A stretch of 64,000 nucleotides of DNA from positions 117,740,001 through 117,804,000 of the forward strand of contig NC_058373.1 in NCBI RefSeq assembly GCF_018350175.1, written 5' to 3'. This stretch comes from Felis catus. Lineage: Eukaryota. Below, piece by piece: positions 63,336-64,000 of this stretch (its first letter is position 1; each line of letters begins with the position of its first letter). Below the pieces are notes generated by a model. It had not been told where the DNA came from and made no database searches. It saw only the letters and a program-made list of their open reading frames with translations. A program made the translations under genes and the position numbers.

Positions 63336-64000
63336 TCTTCTGTCTGTTCTTTCAAAACTACAAGCTCAGACCCATCTCGAGGCCTTCACACACACTGTTC
63401 CTCTACCCAGAAAGCTCCTCCCCACAGCCTCACTTCACTTGCTCCTTCCCATCCCTTAGGACTGAGGTTAAATCTCTTATCTCCCATAGGACACTACCTA
63501 GAATCTGTCCCTCCTCTCATATTGAATCTTCAGACTCTGTTCTTTTCATGGTCATTTATCCTGAAACGCAATTATTGCCTTTGTTTATGTGTTTTCTGTC
63601 TATATATCATACTAAAATATAAAGGTGAACAGATGGGACTGGTCTCTCTTGGCTTCTCTGTCTCCCCAGAACCTAGCACAGTGCCTGCTTAGAGAAGGCA
63701 CTCGATAAACTTTGGTGGAATGAATGAATTTAAAAAATGGAACAAATACAGTCTATATACTACATATGTGCCTTATTCTACAAACCAAAGCCAATAAGAA
63801 CGTGTAAACTCATTTGGCTCATGGTCCTGGTTTTGGCTTCTAGCACAGTAAATGGCAGCCCACCTCTGCACATATCAGACATTCCATTTACGTAGGAGAT
63901 GTTAGTGATGATGATAATTCCACAGTGATGACCCATATACTGGCCCGAGGCTGCCTGAGAAGAACCCGAACCAGCTTGAAAGGGTGAGACTACCTATCAC

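Overview
Mammalian nuclear DNA from a carnivoran, almost certainly a felid, judged from the SINEC_Fc-type Can-SINEs. The window holds the central and 3' part of DPF3 (BAF45C/CERD4, a d4-family BAF subunit) on the minus strand. Four constitutive coding exons can be read with exact GT-AG boundaries and consistent phases: 59726-59821, 51310-51388, 30917-31054 and 13484-13612. They are followed by the DPF3a-specific terminal exon (CDS 10376-10575) and its 3'UTR. The 5' exons and the DPF3b double-PHD exons lie outside the window. The rest is intron, containing an HSPE1 (Hsp10) processed pseudogene, 11 Can-SINEs, L1/L2/MIR fragments, MaLR LTRs, hAT MITEs and microsatellites. The most interesting observations concern splicing. 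(1) A 41-nt candidate microexon (50908-50948, KTYKQKHNSKPSTK) resembles the DPF2 alternative exon inside the C2H2 finger but is one base short of frame-preserving, so it may be a poison exon. (2) A strong 5' splice site lies inside the DPF3a 3'UTR region. (3) A distal terminal-exon-like unit (~250-910) has tandem acceptors and polyA signals, and one acceptor is in frame with the PHD1 exon. (4) A recursive-splice-like CAG|GTAAGT site lies at ~14900. Most ORF-track entries are spurious. Repeat family names come from pattern recognition and their boundaries are approximate. Exon numbers follow the human gene from memory.
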